Assembly (NCBI GenBank): GCA_002633005.1
Contig: NMRA01001204.1
Span: forward strand, 7,484 to 40,357
Length of the DNA: 32,874 bases
Direction of reading: 5' to 3'
Source: Phoronis australis
Taxonomy: Eukaryota; Animalia; Phoronida
Part shown: positions 12,467-24,316 of the stretch, piece after piece
Position numbering within the stretch: the stretch's first letter is position 1
Layout of the letters: every line of letters begins with the position of its first letter
Notes under the pieces: generated by a model
Seen by the model: only the letters and a program-made list of their open reading frames with translations
Told to the model about the DNA's origin: nothing
Databases searched by the model: none
Made by a program: the position numbers and the translations under genes

Positions 12467-12521
12467 TTTCCTGCAGAGTAAATGGCGAAGTCAAAGCGCA
12501 CGGATCCGTAGGTCATGCAGA

Positions 12522-12556
12522 AAGATGCTCCCACACAATAGCGTTCAGCATTTATA
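12522..12556 (-). promoter_or_regulatory. Candidate TATA box + initiator of the DFPase-like gene
   Basis: Minus-strand TATAAAT begins at 12556. A CA(+1)TCTT initiator-like site has its A at 12526, exactly 30 nt downstream and 60 nt before the ATG. Confidence 0.5.
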
Positions 12557-13090
12557 AAGCTCACTTTGTCATCCAAGTCACTCACACCAGATATTAAAAA
12601 TCAGGTCATGATTTTCTCTTTGTCACGAGATACTCAGCTTGCCCAGTGATACGTGTCCGTAAACACAACAGTGACGGGGACGGAACATTACAGCGTCATG
12701 TCGTTCAGTAACTTTTCCAGACGTGAGGGGTGCTGAACGTGCGATAATATCTGGCTTAACTTAACTTTCATTTTTATCAGCCCACCCCAGTCAGGCTAAA
12801 TACGATCTGATCGGAGCAGAGCAAATATCAAGCAGGCCCTCCAACCATCAACGCCAGAATGGAGTTAATTGGCTACGGGGGGTAAACCTCCCAACTTGTT
12901 GTTGGGCTATACAATCGAACAAGTTGGGAGCAACGGGATGTCGCCGTCATGAGAAAACGCTAAAGCCCTCCGAACACTCACTCCGATTGACGACGCACGT
13001 CATGCTAGCCACATAGAACCGCCCCTCGCTCAATTGATGCTTGACTGTGCCTGCATGACAGCTTGCTCGCAGGCTATGCTGCTAGTGCCA

Positions 13091-13711
13091 GGGGGCGTTT
13101 TATGAAATTGTTATTGTTGTAACTTGGACAGAAATCGGACTAACTTGGACCAAATTGTATTAGCATCGTTTCATGAAATTTCTGAAGACCAATACTAACT
13201 GAGACCGGAGTCGGTCTAAAAAGTTGAGACCGGAAGTGAGCCACCTACGGAGTTGGCTCAAGATTAGACTTTTAATTTCAGTGACCAGAATTTATGACTA
13301 TCATCAATATAAAGTGCTGAAAAACATATTTCGTAGATGTTTTTCACAATCAATATTGCCCTGAACAATGTCATATTGAACATCGTCTGGTTTGGATTTA
13401 AAACCGGCAAAGGCCGTAAGCACAGTGCAGTGCAAAAGGATATTTTCTAACCACACTATGGTCTTCTTAAGTAAACAGATCCCTATTATGAGTTTCAAGG
13501 CCAAGATCATTCTCGAAATCTCATTTCAGTCAACGTATCGCTTAGTTTTGTGAATTCGCAACAGTTGCTGCTAGCGTAGTTTGAATGCTCATCTTTGTCG
13601 AAAACCGGCCAAAATCCGACAGTGTGTTCACGAAACGGCTTTTTTCTAAATTACCCTCATCGGTCTTAACTCAGTTTGAATTTCGGTCTTAACACAGACA
13701 AAGTTTTGGTC
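13091..13711. mobile_element. PIF/Harbinger-like MITE fragment, right end missing at the Kolobok insertion
   Basis: Starts GGGGGCGTTTTATGAA. Internal CGTTTCATGAA is inverted with TTCACGAAACG (~13628). GAGACCG motifs repeat on the left and CGGTCTTAA motifs on the right. Confidence 0.35.
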
Positions 13712-13715
13712 TTAA

Positions 13716-15049
13716 AGGCGAAGGCAACCTTTTTTCATGTCATTTTTAGCAAAAATAAGGTTCGTTGATTATCTCAGACATATCTTTCACTTATTTACTG
13801 CTTTTCGTAATTTAATTAATTACTCGTCGTCTACTCCGGAAGTGACGTTTTGGGAGGCCAGAATTTCGCGCCAATTTGTTTTTATATAGTCTGACTGTGA
13901 GAGCAGTCGAGTCAGTCATTGCTCTCCTTCGGTTGTGATAAGTTCGGTCGTCGTTTGCTTTTGCTTACGAGTCAGTCAACATGCCACGCTGTTGCTGCGT
14001 ACTGGGGGTGTACTCATTATCGTCTCACGTACACAGGAAGAACTGTCCCACTTGCCCGAGTGTCCCGCGACACACTCCCGCTGAAGGGTGATCTGCGCAC
14101 CCAAACTGCTTACATCCCGCCGTGTGACTCCCTCGCCACACACCTGGCACCTTCCAAAAATAGCTCCAATACAAGTCCACAACAAACTTATCAAACTTAG
14201 ACTCACCGATCTGTTCATTGGATGACGAACTGTCCTCTTCAGTGGGTGTTGAACTGGGCCTGTATTTACTCCCATTACTCAACATCGCTGCAGGGCTGCT
14301 TACAGGCTCTGGGCTAGAGACAACAGCACAGGGCGAATCACTGCTAGTTCCCGGAATTGCTCGCAATGGGGTACGTTCGGGGGCACGGGTGACAGTAGAT
14401 GAAGTGCCTCCAGTCACCGTATATAGTGGCCACACCTCACGAGGCTTCTCGCTTCAAAAGCGCACTTCTCGGGGTTGGCGACGGGGCACTGCCAGGAATC
14501 AACAGCGACGGCATGGTACCCTTCTTCAGGAGCTTTTTCGCAGGGACCTTCATCTATTCAGCGTACATATCTGTCATAATCTGACGGCAGAAAATGCTTG
14601 CCACACACTCAGTAACCCTCCACTGCTTTGTACTTTGCGTGGACGGGTAGCGCTGCGTTCTTCACATGAACGAGCTAGCCATGTACGGCGAAGTGTGTCA
14701 TCCTTCGGAAAGCGACGCAAGATACCCAAAGCGCGTGTGAGACGATAATGAGTACATCCCGGCACGCAGCAACAGCGTGGCATGTTGACTGACTTGTAAA
14801 CAAAAGCAAACAACGATCGAACTTATCACAACCGAGGTAGAACAATGACTGACTCGACAGCTCTCACAGTCAGACTATAATGAAAAGAAATTGGCGCGAA
14901 ACTCTTGCCTCCCAAAACGTCACTTCCGGAGTAGAGGACGAGAAATTAATCAAATAACGAAAAGCTGTAAATAAAGTGAAAAATGTGTCTGGGATAATCA
15001 ACGAAACTTATTTTTGCTAAAAGTGACATGAAAAAGGTTGCTTTCGCCT
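13716..15049 (-). mobile_element. Non-autonomous fold-back Kolobok-type DNA transposon with decayed THAP and zinc-finger coding remnants
   Basis: TTAA duplication at 13712-13715 and 15050-15053; termini AGGCGAA...TTCGCCT. ~315-bp imperfect inverted arms (13716-~14030, ~14735-15049). Minus-strand frameshifted MPRCCCVPGC...FPKDDTLRRTW / VCGKHF / LLKKGTMPSL forms a THAP C2CH plus AVPT-like box, followed by FGRCQVC...ECVAGHSGKWDSS. Confidence 0.8.
14040..14783 (-). pseudogene. Frameshifted 5' part of a THAP-domain transposase
   Basis: ATG at 14783. THAP motifs are split over three frames, then an S/P/T-rich linker, then a CxxC...CxxGHxxxWxS motif in another frame. No DDE core is present. Confidence 0.7.
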
Positions 15050-16572
15050 TTAAAGCACACAGTAGTTTTTGCAGTTTAGCTGGAGATTAAGTACACAAAG
15101 CCATATCATCAGCATATCACAAAACTTTCACATCGGAAACATTTTGGCATAGAAGAATACCATCGTCATTACTAGAATGGATACATTCTACAAAGTTATT
15201 AGGTTTTTAAATAATCACCATAAACTCCAATAATAAACATTCAAAGACAAGTGAGTGTGTAGACTCGATCCGACACGTGCTCTGTAATGAAACCTTGGAC
15301 AAATGTAGTATTGAAACAAATGCTCAAATTTTACATAATGTTAAACTCGATAGTTGTTTTTTGGTAAATTGCATAGAAAATTAATTGTGCCACAGTATTA
15401 ATTTACATGTTTGACACGTCTTCATGTGATGTGGCCAACATATGACCTGTGTGAAGACATATGAATACAGTGCCTTCAACAATTTGCTTCTCAATATAAA
15501 TGAGCTTCCCAGGTTGTACACGTGCGTCTGTTGATGTTAATTTTGTTTTTAAGACTCGTTTTAATAGGTTAAATAGAAAACTCGCGCATACAGTTGTACA
15601 AATTTACTTTACTATTTAGACAGATTTATAGCAACACTTTACATATCGCTTTTGGCTATGGATATTCTCATGCTACGACCGGTAGGGTTCGCGTTAATCA
15701 CGGGCGGGCAGAGCCTGATAGTGGAAAGCAATACGAGTTCCTGAATCGAAAGTTGACAGACAGGAAACAAAAAACACCGACCTATCCGTTTGAGAGACCA
15801 CGACCCCCAAGGCAAATCTGTGTTCACGATTTAAGACTGACGGACGACCTGCATCTAACTTCGTCGTAGCCCCCATGCGGTTTAGTTTTTGAAAGTTTCC
15901 ATTCATATGCAATGCCCTCGAAGATCTCTCCAGTTTATTCACTGCAAGATGACATGTGGTACGATTTTCTATTGAGAACACTCTTTAGGTATTCAGTATC
16001 TCTAAAAGGCGAGTTTATTGATCTGGATTGTGTAATGACGTGGTTACCTGGTTGTTGCACTTCGATGACTTGGTGTGCTCGTAGTTCATTGGAAAGCGCG
16101 ATAACCCCTCCTAAGAAGTAATAGCATGACCCTTGAATGTTTCCCTTTGAGTGGCTCGGCCTGCTGTTTCAGATTGAGGCCATTTCCTTGAAAGCGCGCA
16201 CCGTGAGGAGATGATGTCTTACCCGATACATGAAGGATCATACAGGTGCGGAACTTCTGTCATTAGTTACATTTTTGTCTGGCTGATTGCTGTTACAGTT
16301 CTCCACCTGTGGCAACTGTTAGGTGTACAGGTAGTTGTAATACGTATATGTTTTAAGTGTCGGCTGTATTTTACAGTAGTTGTACTTTGGGTTATACTCA
16401 TACATTAGTGTTCGGGTCGTGATGACGCACATTTATTCAAATGGATATTCACTGAGAAGACTGGCTTTAAAGAAGAACTGCTGTGCGTGTAAATACTCTG
16501 AATATACATCTAAATTTATGTATTTCTGTATGAGTAAGCAAAGCCTACGATGTACAATAAGTGATATTACTA

Positions 16573-16573
<1 letters not shown>

Positions 16574-16621
<48 letters not shown>

Positions 16622-16673
16622 CATCATCGTTGTCGTTGTCGTTGTCGTTGTCGTCGTCGTCGTTGTCGTTGTC
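16574..16673 (+). repeat. Compound microsatellite (AAT)16 (CAT)2 (CGTTGT/CGT)n
   Basis: Directly visible. Confidence 0.95.
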
Positions 16674-16930
16674 ATTATTATTAAATGGATATATCTATCC
16701 ATCTATCAAATGTATTATCATTAGCTTGCACTAGACGTTTGATACTTGACTTGCTAATTTAACGTTCTTTCTAATCCCGACTAACAACTGTACTAACATA
16801 CTAACCAGCGCCCTAACATGCGTTCCGNAGAAGAACTGCTGTGCGTGTAAATACTCTGAATATACATCTAAATTTATGTATTTCTGTATGAGTAAGCAAA
16901 GCCTACGATGTACAATAAGTGATATTACTA

Positions 16931-17100
<170 letters not shown>

Positions 17101-17255
17101 ATTATTATTAAATGGATATATCTATCCATCTATCAAATGTATTATCATTAGCTTGCACTAGACGTTTGATACTTGACTTGCTGAATTTAACGTTCTTTCT
17201 AATCCCGACTAACAACTGTACTAACATACTAACCAGCGCCCTAACATGCGTTCCG

Positions 17256-17465
17256 TTTTATGGACTTCGGGTCCTATCTGTCCGGGTTTTTGTGTCCCTG
17301 TGTTTTGCGCAATAGCCCAGACGCTAAGCGGATGAGTGTGCAAGTTTTAGCAACACTTGCCATTTAGGCCCACATGACAGTTGTCAGGTGCTTTTCGATC
17401 CTGATTTAGGACACGTACATACATGTATGTACTACGCGATATGCATAAAACGGGAACACATCAGG
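17256..17465 (+). mobile_element. Short HINE-like insertion
   Basis: Absent from sister units. Starts TTTTAT, has a CTATCTGTCC micro-repeat, one core-like segment, and ends CGGGAACACATCAG. Confidence 0.3.
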
Positions 17466-20400
17466 ATGACCCCCAACATATGGAACAGAACAATGGTTCC
17501 CGTGATCGATAACTGCCTTGGTAGATTTTTCAATTAATCTCGATATGTCAACTTGAAAACAACAGCTGATTTGCCGATTGTCTGTAAATTTCATTACTGC
17601 ACGTTTTTGTCTATTTGCACGCCATGCCCATGCACAAAGGACAAGCTGCGGATAACCAAGACGGAAGAAAGGTGGAAGACGAAAATTAAGAAGATAATCT
17701 AACAGGGGGTTTATGTAATCTAACGTTGCTTGTGTGTCATAGTGTATTAGTATAAATAGGGTACAGCTCGATACTCCAAAGGTTCACAAGTTCGAACTCT
17801 CATAATACCACAAATCCGACAGAAAGAAAAAACTAGTTAGTTCGAAACTAGTCCGAAGGTTTATGATGCCAGAAACCAGCGATTCAAAGTCAATGACAGC
17901 CAAGCAGCAAAATTTTGACGGCGATAAATCATACTTCGAACATGTAAATAACTACAGCAACTCAGTGTCATGAAAGTTCAAATTTATAACCTTCGGTGGG
18001 TTTTCGTAATTGTGTGGATAAGTCTTCCGATATATGGATTTTTAGACTAGCAAACCTTGCGACCCATGAATACCTGTACACATTCTTTCTCACTAGAAGT
18101 TTTCAATTCAGGTCACATAAGGTTGATCACTTCTTTTTGCGCGATTTTAAGCGACTTGGCAAGTCGTCGAACTAGTGGACTTTGGCTGGCTAGTGTACCA
18201 TTTACCCACGACGAGCAGTTACAGTGTACCAAAAGTGCAGAAGGACCACTAACACGAATGACACCAGGGCCAAAGATATGATGCCGTTCAGCTGTAAATC
18301 AGTATCCTGGCAGTTACCGGTTTTGACTACATGTGTGTACTCATTTGAGCCATCAAAACTTGATCAATCACTTGTTTTATTTGGAAAAGCGAAGTGAAAA
18401 ATCTACTTCAGGAATACGTCTTTATTCAAGTACACGGTTTCACAACTGGTTTCAGTGCAGTCTCTCAAAAATTGCGTTGGTAGTTATATAACTGGGAGAT
18501 CTTGTCAATATAAAATACACTATAGGCTCTCAGTTCGGGTCGCCTGTATTACATTCCTTCTCGGAAGTGAACTACATTTAGTCTTAATTGCTGTATTTTA
18601 TTCGAGCGACTTTGTCATTTGTTAAATAGTTGGGCTTCGTTTATCATTAAAAGGATACCAAACTCGGTTTTGGCCTACTTACACATACTAAAAACGACTT
18701 TCCTCATCCAGTTCTCTGAAACAAAATAATGCTTTGTAACTTATCGCCAACCCTCAAAAGTCTGAAGGAAATTTTGAAAACTTCTAACAAATTCTGCTAA
18801 ACGGGCAAGCGTGACCTACGCTTTTAGCAAGTTACACAGCACCTTTGGAAAAGGCCACCCGTCAAGGACCAGAACGTGCAATTTATGAGATAGGAAGTAT
18901 AATTTTTTAAGTTGATTCCTGCTTTTATTTTGGAAGATTGACACTAAAGATGCAAAGCAGGTGACAGAAAGTGGATTGGTTGACATCATCAATATAAGGT
19001 TTATCATCCTTACAGGACCATACAGGACCACGACGTCATGACGGGTTACAGTGCATCAAAAAGTTCCTGCAGTACCACTAATACGACTGACAACAGAGTT
19101 GAAAAGTGTATTACCGTTCAATTTTCATGAGAAAAAAGCATTTAAAATGTTTTACACTTCAGTTACAAGTTTGTTGGGGCATCTTTTTACTTTCCTAGCC
19201 AAATTTCTTTCACTGTATACTTTACAATATGAAATACACTCACCTCGGCTCATGTATGTTAAATTCGTCCTCGAAGGTTGATTGGACTTGATTTTAGCTA
19301 ATTTTTTTACAAAATTAAATATTTTAACTCGTTAAATGTTTATATTATCGCAAACTAGAAACCCAAGTAAAATTTGAAATTTCAGTTTTTACTTGTCTGA
19401 TAGTCATAATGATTGCTTCACAAGAGGATTTCCCTTAAGTAAAATTTAGCGAAAAACAAAAGAAAAGCACAGAAATAGCAAAACAACGGTATCGATAACA
19501 AGTTCGAATTTCATTTGATGAAAATGTTCCAAGACGTAATCTCAAAAACTATTAATGTTCTAAAATATCATGATTTTATTTTGAATTCGTTTTGTAAACG
19601 GTGTTTAAGTCCTTGGATTTGGAAGTTTTACATAAATCTGGAGAGCTATTTCTGAGATATAAAACTTCAAAGTTGGGGAAATGTACACGATTTTGAAGCT
19701 TCAAAGCTAGAAAAAAGTTGACGTTTTTTCTATGGTCATACAGGACCTCGCCACAACTGGCAGTGCACCCGGCCAAGATATCGCCAACACAAAATTACAC
19801 CAGAGTCGGAAAGGTAAAAAATCCCAGGAGTTGCCTCTTACGCGAGGGCGTGCATCATGAGATCCTGTTTAACCCGATACATGAAGGGCGATAGAGGTGT
19901 GTAACTTTCGTTATTGATAACTTTTTTGTCTGGCTGACACTTGCAGTTACAGTTACCCACCTGTGACAAATGTATGGTGTCCAGATAATTGGGTTCTACT
20001 CAAGTATTAGTGTTTGGGTTGCGATGACGCACATGTACTTCGAACAGATAAAGCTCTCCATCCATCATATCTATTACCATTTGCTTGCACTAAGCGTTTG
20101 TTACTTGTCTTGCTGGTACATTCGCGTTGACGCTAACATTCTTTTTAATCCCGACTAACATACTAACACCAATCCTAACAAATCAAGAAATACAGCATGA
20201 ATAAATCCAAACGACGTTCAAGGTCACAAACTGCATGCTGAGTGGTGTTATTTGAATTCCTCTCCAAATGCCAAGATCAAATGGAGCTGAACAGTGGTTC
20301 CCGTGATCGATTACTACCGTGGCAGGGATAAGGATTTTTGAATTAGTTTCCGAATGGCAAATTGAAAACAATTGATTGTTTGTAAATTTTACTAATGAAC

Positions 20401-20886
20401 GTTTTCGTTTATTTACTTACCATGCCCACGCCACAACGATACGATCCGACTCACGGATAACCAAGACGGAAGAAGAAGCATGAAAGACTGAAAATTAACA
20501 ACAGGAGACTAAAATTAAGAAGGAAATTTAAAGTAGCGTGCAAGTCACAGTGCATTAGTATAGCTAAGGTGGAGCTCGATACTCCGAAGGTTCACAAGCC
20601 TGAAGGTAAGTTATGTAACATTGAATGATTTTTTTAAAATACCCTATCAGGCAAATAAAATCGTTTCTAAAAACAGCCCTATCAAACTGATAGTAAAACA
20701 AATAATATTCTTTCAGACTTGTGTTGATCTTCGGATTTATTTATTTGTCGACTTGTAAACTTTGGGAGCCATGAATTCCGTAATTTTATAACTTCCGCCC
20801 ACATTTGTTCTCACTTGTAGTTTTCAATTCAAATCATATGGTTTCATTGTTTCGAGAGGATTAACTTCATTCGAACCTGATTATAG

Positions 20887-22850
20887 TTTTTATGCGCAAA
20901 CGTATTTATATGTGGACTCGATTATGCCGTCATCTCCGTCCATCCGTTCGGAGTCCGGCGTCCGGCGTGCGCTCCAAAACGCCTGGACGTATGTTCAGGA
21001 AGTTTTGCATGTGTGTTTCTTCCGTGAATGGGACGGCATGAGCAAACTTTGAGGCGGATCCGACTATTGGTGTGACCCCTAGTGGCAATTTTAGTTTTTT
21101 ACGTTTACCTTTGTAACTTCAAAAGTCCTGAACGGATTTTCATAGAAATTGTTACATAGGCACCTAGCAGTGAGATGAGGCTAACCTTCGGTTTTCAGAT
21201 GGATTCGACGTAGTTTGCGCCACCTAGTGGCAATGTTTTGGTGTTTTCGAGTTTGTTTTTTGCGTCCATCCCTCTATCAACCAAACCACTCAAAGGATGA
21301 TTGTGAAAATTGGCATGTATGACGATTTTCCCACAACTTCGACTACTATGGTGCCTCCTAGTGGCAGTTTTTTGCGCCTATGGCTGCGTGTCCTAAACCG
21401 TTCGCAGGATCTCTAATAAATTTAGTATTTATGACTACTGGTGTGCCACCTACTGGCAATTTTATTTTTTTACGTTTACCTCTGTGTGTTCAAACGTCCT
21501 CAACGTATTTTCATAAAATTTGGCATACACGCATCTGTTAATTAAGTGACGTTATCTCTCCGTTTTCATATGGATTCGACTTAGTTTGTGCCATCTAGTG
21601 GCCATTTTTACTATTTTCGAGACTGTTTTTGATGATGGGCCGTTGGGGGAAAGTGTCGCCTGAAAAATACGAGCGTAATCATGTACATTAAACCGTTATT
21701 TACGTCGCTAATTACGCCGTAAAATTAATTCTTTACGGCGGAAAATTACGCTCGTAATTTAGTTTAAACTCTTAGCCAATGACGTTGGGTTTTACAATCC
21801 ACGATCGCTCGTGCTCATGGGAATACTCATTTACTGACAGGTTACATGTCTACGATACGAGTGCTGAATCAGGGCGGATCAAATCGCTGCTGCAATGTCA
21901 GCGATTGTGCAAGAACGAGCTGCCTAGCAACAGTCGTTTATGTTAGGTCAACACTGATTGGTTTAAATTTGGAACGTTCTTAAAGTATTTTACGAGCGTA
22001 ATTTACAGCGACATTTCCCCCATTTAATTTACGAGCGTAATTGTACGGCAACACTCCTGCAATTTAATTTACGGTCGTAATTACGAGCGTAATTTTACGG
22101 CGACACTTTCCCTTCAACGGCCCACCATAGTGTTTGGCGTTCAGTCATCTATCAACGAAACCGCTTTCAGGATAATTGTGAAAATTGGCATGTATGTTTT
22201 TACTATAAAGTGGACGGGTGACGATGATTTTCCGACGACTTTGACTACTGTGGCGCTTTTGTTTTTTTTTGCGCTCATGACTGTATCTCTTAAGCCGTTT
22301 GCAGGATCTTTACTTAAATTAGCGAGTGTATTTATATGATGTTGACAACGGACGACGACGACTTTCGGACGGATCTGACTACTGGTTTACCCCCTAGTGG
22401 CAATTTTATTTTTTTTTTACGTTTACTAGTTTGTACCTTCAAAGGTTTTCAACAGATTTTCATAAAGTTGTAAATATAGGCATCTATGTGTTTGAATGGA
22501 ATTGAGGGACTTTGCGCGACCTAGTGGCCATTTTGCTGTTTTCAAATCTTGTTTTAAGCGTCTCTATCAACGAAATCATTCTAGGGATAGTTTTGAAAAT
22601 TGGCGTATATGTTTTCAGTGCGAAGAGGACGTTTGATGATGGCAACTGACTAGTGTGGCGTCTCCTAGTGGTAGTTATGTTTTGTTTTGCGCCCATAGCT
22701 ATATCTCCTAAACCCACTTCAGGATCTTTATTAACTTAAGTAAGTGTATTTTTATGAAGATAACAACAGATGGCGACTTTAAGGCGGATCCAACGAACGC
22801 TGTGCCCACAAGTGGCAGTTTCATGTTATTCTGTTTTCCTTTTTTTCTCT
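20887..22850 (+). mobile_element. Helentron-associated non-autonomous element (HINE/DINE-1/pearl-like) with internal ~140-bp tandem cores
   Basis: 5' TTTTTATGCGC, then a CCGTC/TCCGGCG micro-repeat (20936-20970), then ~10 diverged cores marked by CCTAGTGGC-like motifs (~21080, 21225, 21359, 21451, 21596, 22395, 22522, 22666, 22810) with GGAT(C/T)CGAC and AAATTGGCAT. The 3' end is not clearly identifiable. Confidence 0.65.
21632..22128. mobile_element. MITE nested in the HINE-like element (copy 1)
   Basis: ~30-bp TIR ATGATGGGCCGTTGGGGGAAAGTGTCGCC / GGCGACACTTTCCCTTCAACGGCCCACCAT, with many TTACGAGCGTAA-type subterminal repeats. It interrupts a core repeat. Confidence 0.8.
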
Positions 22851-24178
22851 GAAGTTCCTTGAGGGCGTACGTCATGAGATGCTGTCTTACCCGATACACA
22901 AGGTACGACTGAGGTGCGTTACTTTCGTTATTGATAACATTTTGGACTGGCTGTCACGTGCAGTTACAGTTCTCCACCTGTTACAACACTGTGCTGTCCA
23001 GGTCGTTGAAATACATTTCTGCTGTATTTTAGTTGTACTTTGGGTTCTCCTCATATATCAATGCTTTGGCCGTGATGACGCTCATTTATTCCAATAGTTA
23101 GACTGTAGATCTGTCCATCTATCAATTGTAGTTTCATTCGCTTGGACTAGACGTTTGTTGCTTTTCTTGCTTGTGCATTAACGTTGATGCAAACACACAT
23201 TCTAATCCCGCCAACAATTCCAATTAAATACTAATACCAGTCCTAACAAACCTAAAAACATCACCAATTAATCCAATTGACGTTCGAAGTCACAAAATGT
23301 ATGCTGAATGTCATTATTTGAATTCCTCTACAGATGCCAATTACGGGATGGAGCTAGACTGCGGTTCCGGGTATCAATTTGAAGCGGAGTAAGGACAAGG
23401 ATTTTCAATCTGCGTGTGAGAAATTGAAAACAGTTTATTTAATTTTTTTCAATACTCGTTTTTTGTGTTTACACGCAGTTCCGTACTCCAGCAATACGCT
23501 GCGATCCTCGAATAACCAAGACGGACGACGCAGTTCTTCAGACGAAAATTATTAAGGTAGACTATTGTTGCTTGGGTTTCATACTGCATTAAATAGGGTG
23601 AAGCTCAATACCTTTAAGGTTTTCAAATCTGTGCCCATTATACGACGAACGAAAATGTTTACAAAAAGCCCTATCCGGCCGCAGGTTCACAAACTTGACA
23701 AAAAGCTTATTAGTTCAAAAACAGTTCAACAATTAAAGAGACCAGAAGCCACTGATTCAAACTTCAACGACAGAGGAGCAACAAAATTTTAGTGGCTGTA
23801 TTCCAAAAGTTGAAAGTGTTCATAAAAGCGACAGTTCAGTGCACTTTGTCAAACTTTGTTTGGATGCTTTACCAAGGCACTGGCTCTTGGAAGAATTGGT
23901 TCCAGGGAGGCACGTGCTTACAAATCTCCAAACATTTTGTTCGAAATCACTATTCAGAACCTCGTAACATGAAATTTCGAATTTTTAGCTTTCGAACTAA
24001 TGGTCTTTCGGACTTGTGAGGATATTTGAATTGATGGATTTGTTTACTTACAAACCTTTGGAGTCATGAATACTGCGATTTCATAATTTTGGTCCACACT
24101 TTTTTTACTTAAAATTTTCAATTCAGATCATATCATTTCATTTTTTTAGGGGGTTGACTTCCTTTTAACATTATTGTA

Positions 24179-24316
24179 CAGTCTGTAGCACATCCTTGAC
24201 AAAGAGCTCATCGCTCGAAACGCGGGGATATTTTAGTACCGACGCTCGTCGTTTTAGTTTTACTATTTTATATTCTTATCCGTCGATAACTGCACGACGT
24301 TTCAACATCTATTTGA
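24179..24316 (+). mobile_element. Penelope-like pLTR fragment with degenerate hammerhead ribozyme core
   Basis: Flanked by direct repeat TAACATTATT(G/C)TA (24166-24178, 24317-24329). The empty site is seen in the sister unit (~25175-25195). Contains TTGACAAA-GAGC-TCATC-GCTC-GAAACGCG. Confidence 0.6.

Noticed and set aside
12467-12490. CTCTGCAG just upstream of the ATG as an acceptor for a 5' UTR intron
   Set aside because: Possible, but a correctly spaced TATA/initiator 60-90 nt upstream explains the start without another exon; not decidable here.
14218-14748. 176-aa plus-strand ORF
   Set aside because: Antisense to the GC-rich THAP transposase remnant.
19576-19776. LRR-like, UGT-like or ion-channel-like snippets in array units (FPNFEVLYLRN, KFDLVIV, FDILSLL)
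   Set aside because: Short matches in different frames, not consistently conserved across units; insufficient to name a family.
21660-22110. CRISPR-like recurrence of TTACGAGCGTAA
   Set aside because: Irregular spacing, both orientations, no unique spacers, eukaryotic context and no cas genes; these are MITE subterminal repeats.
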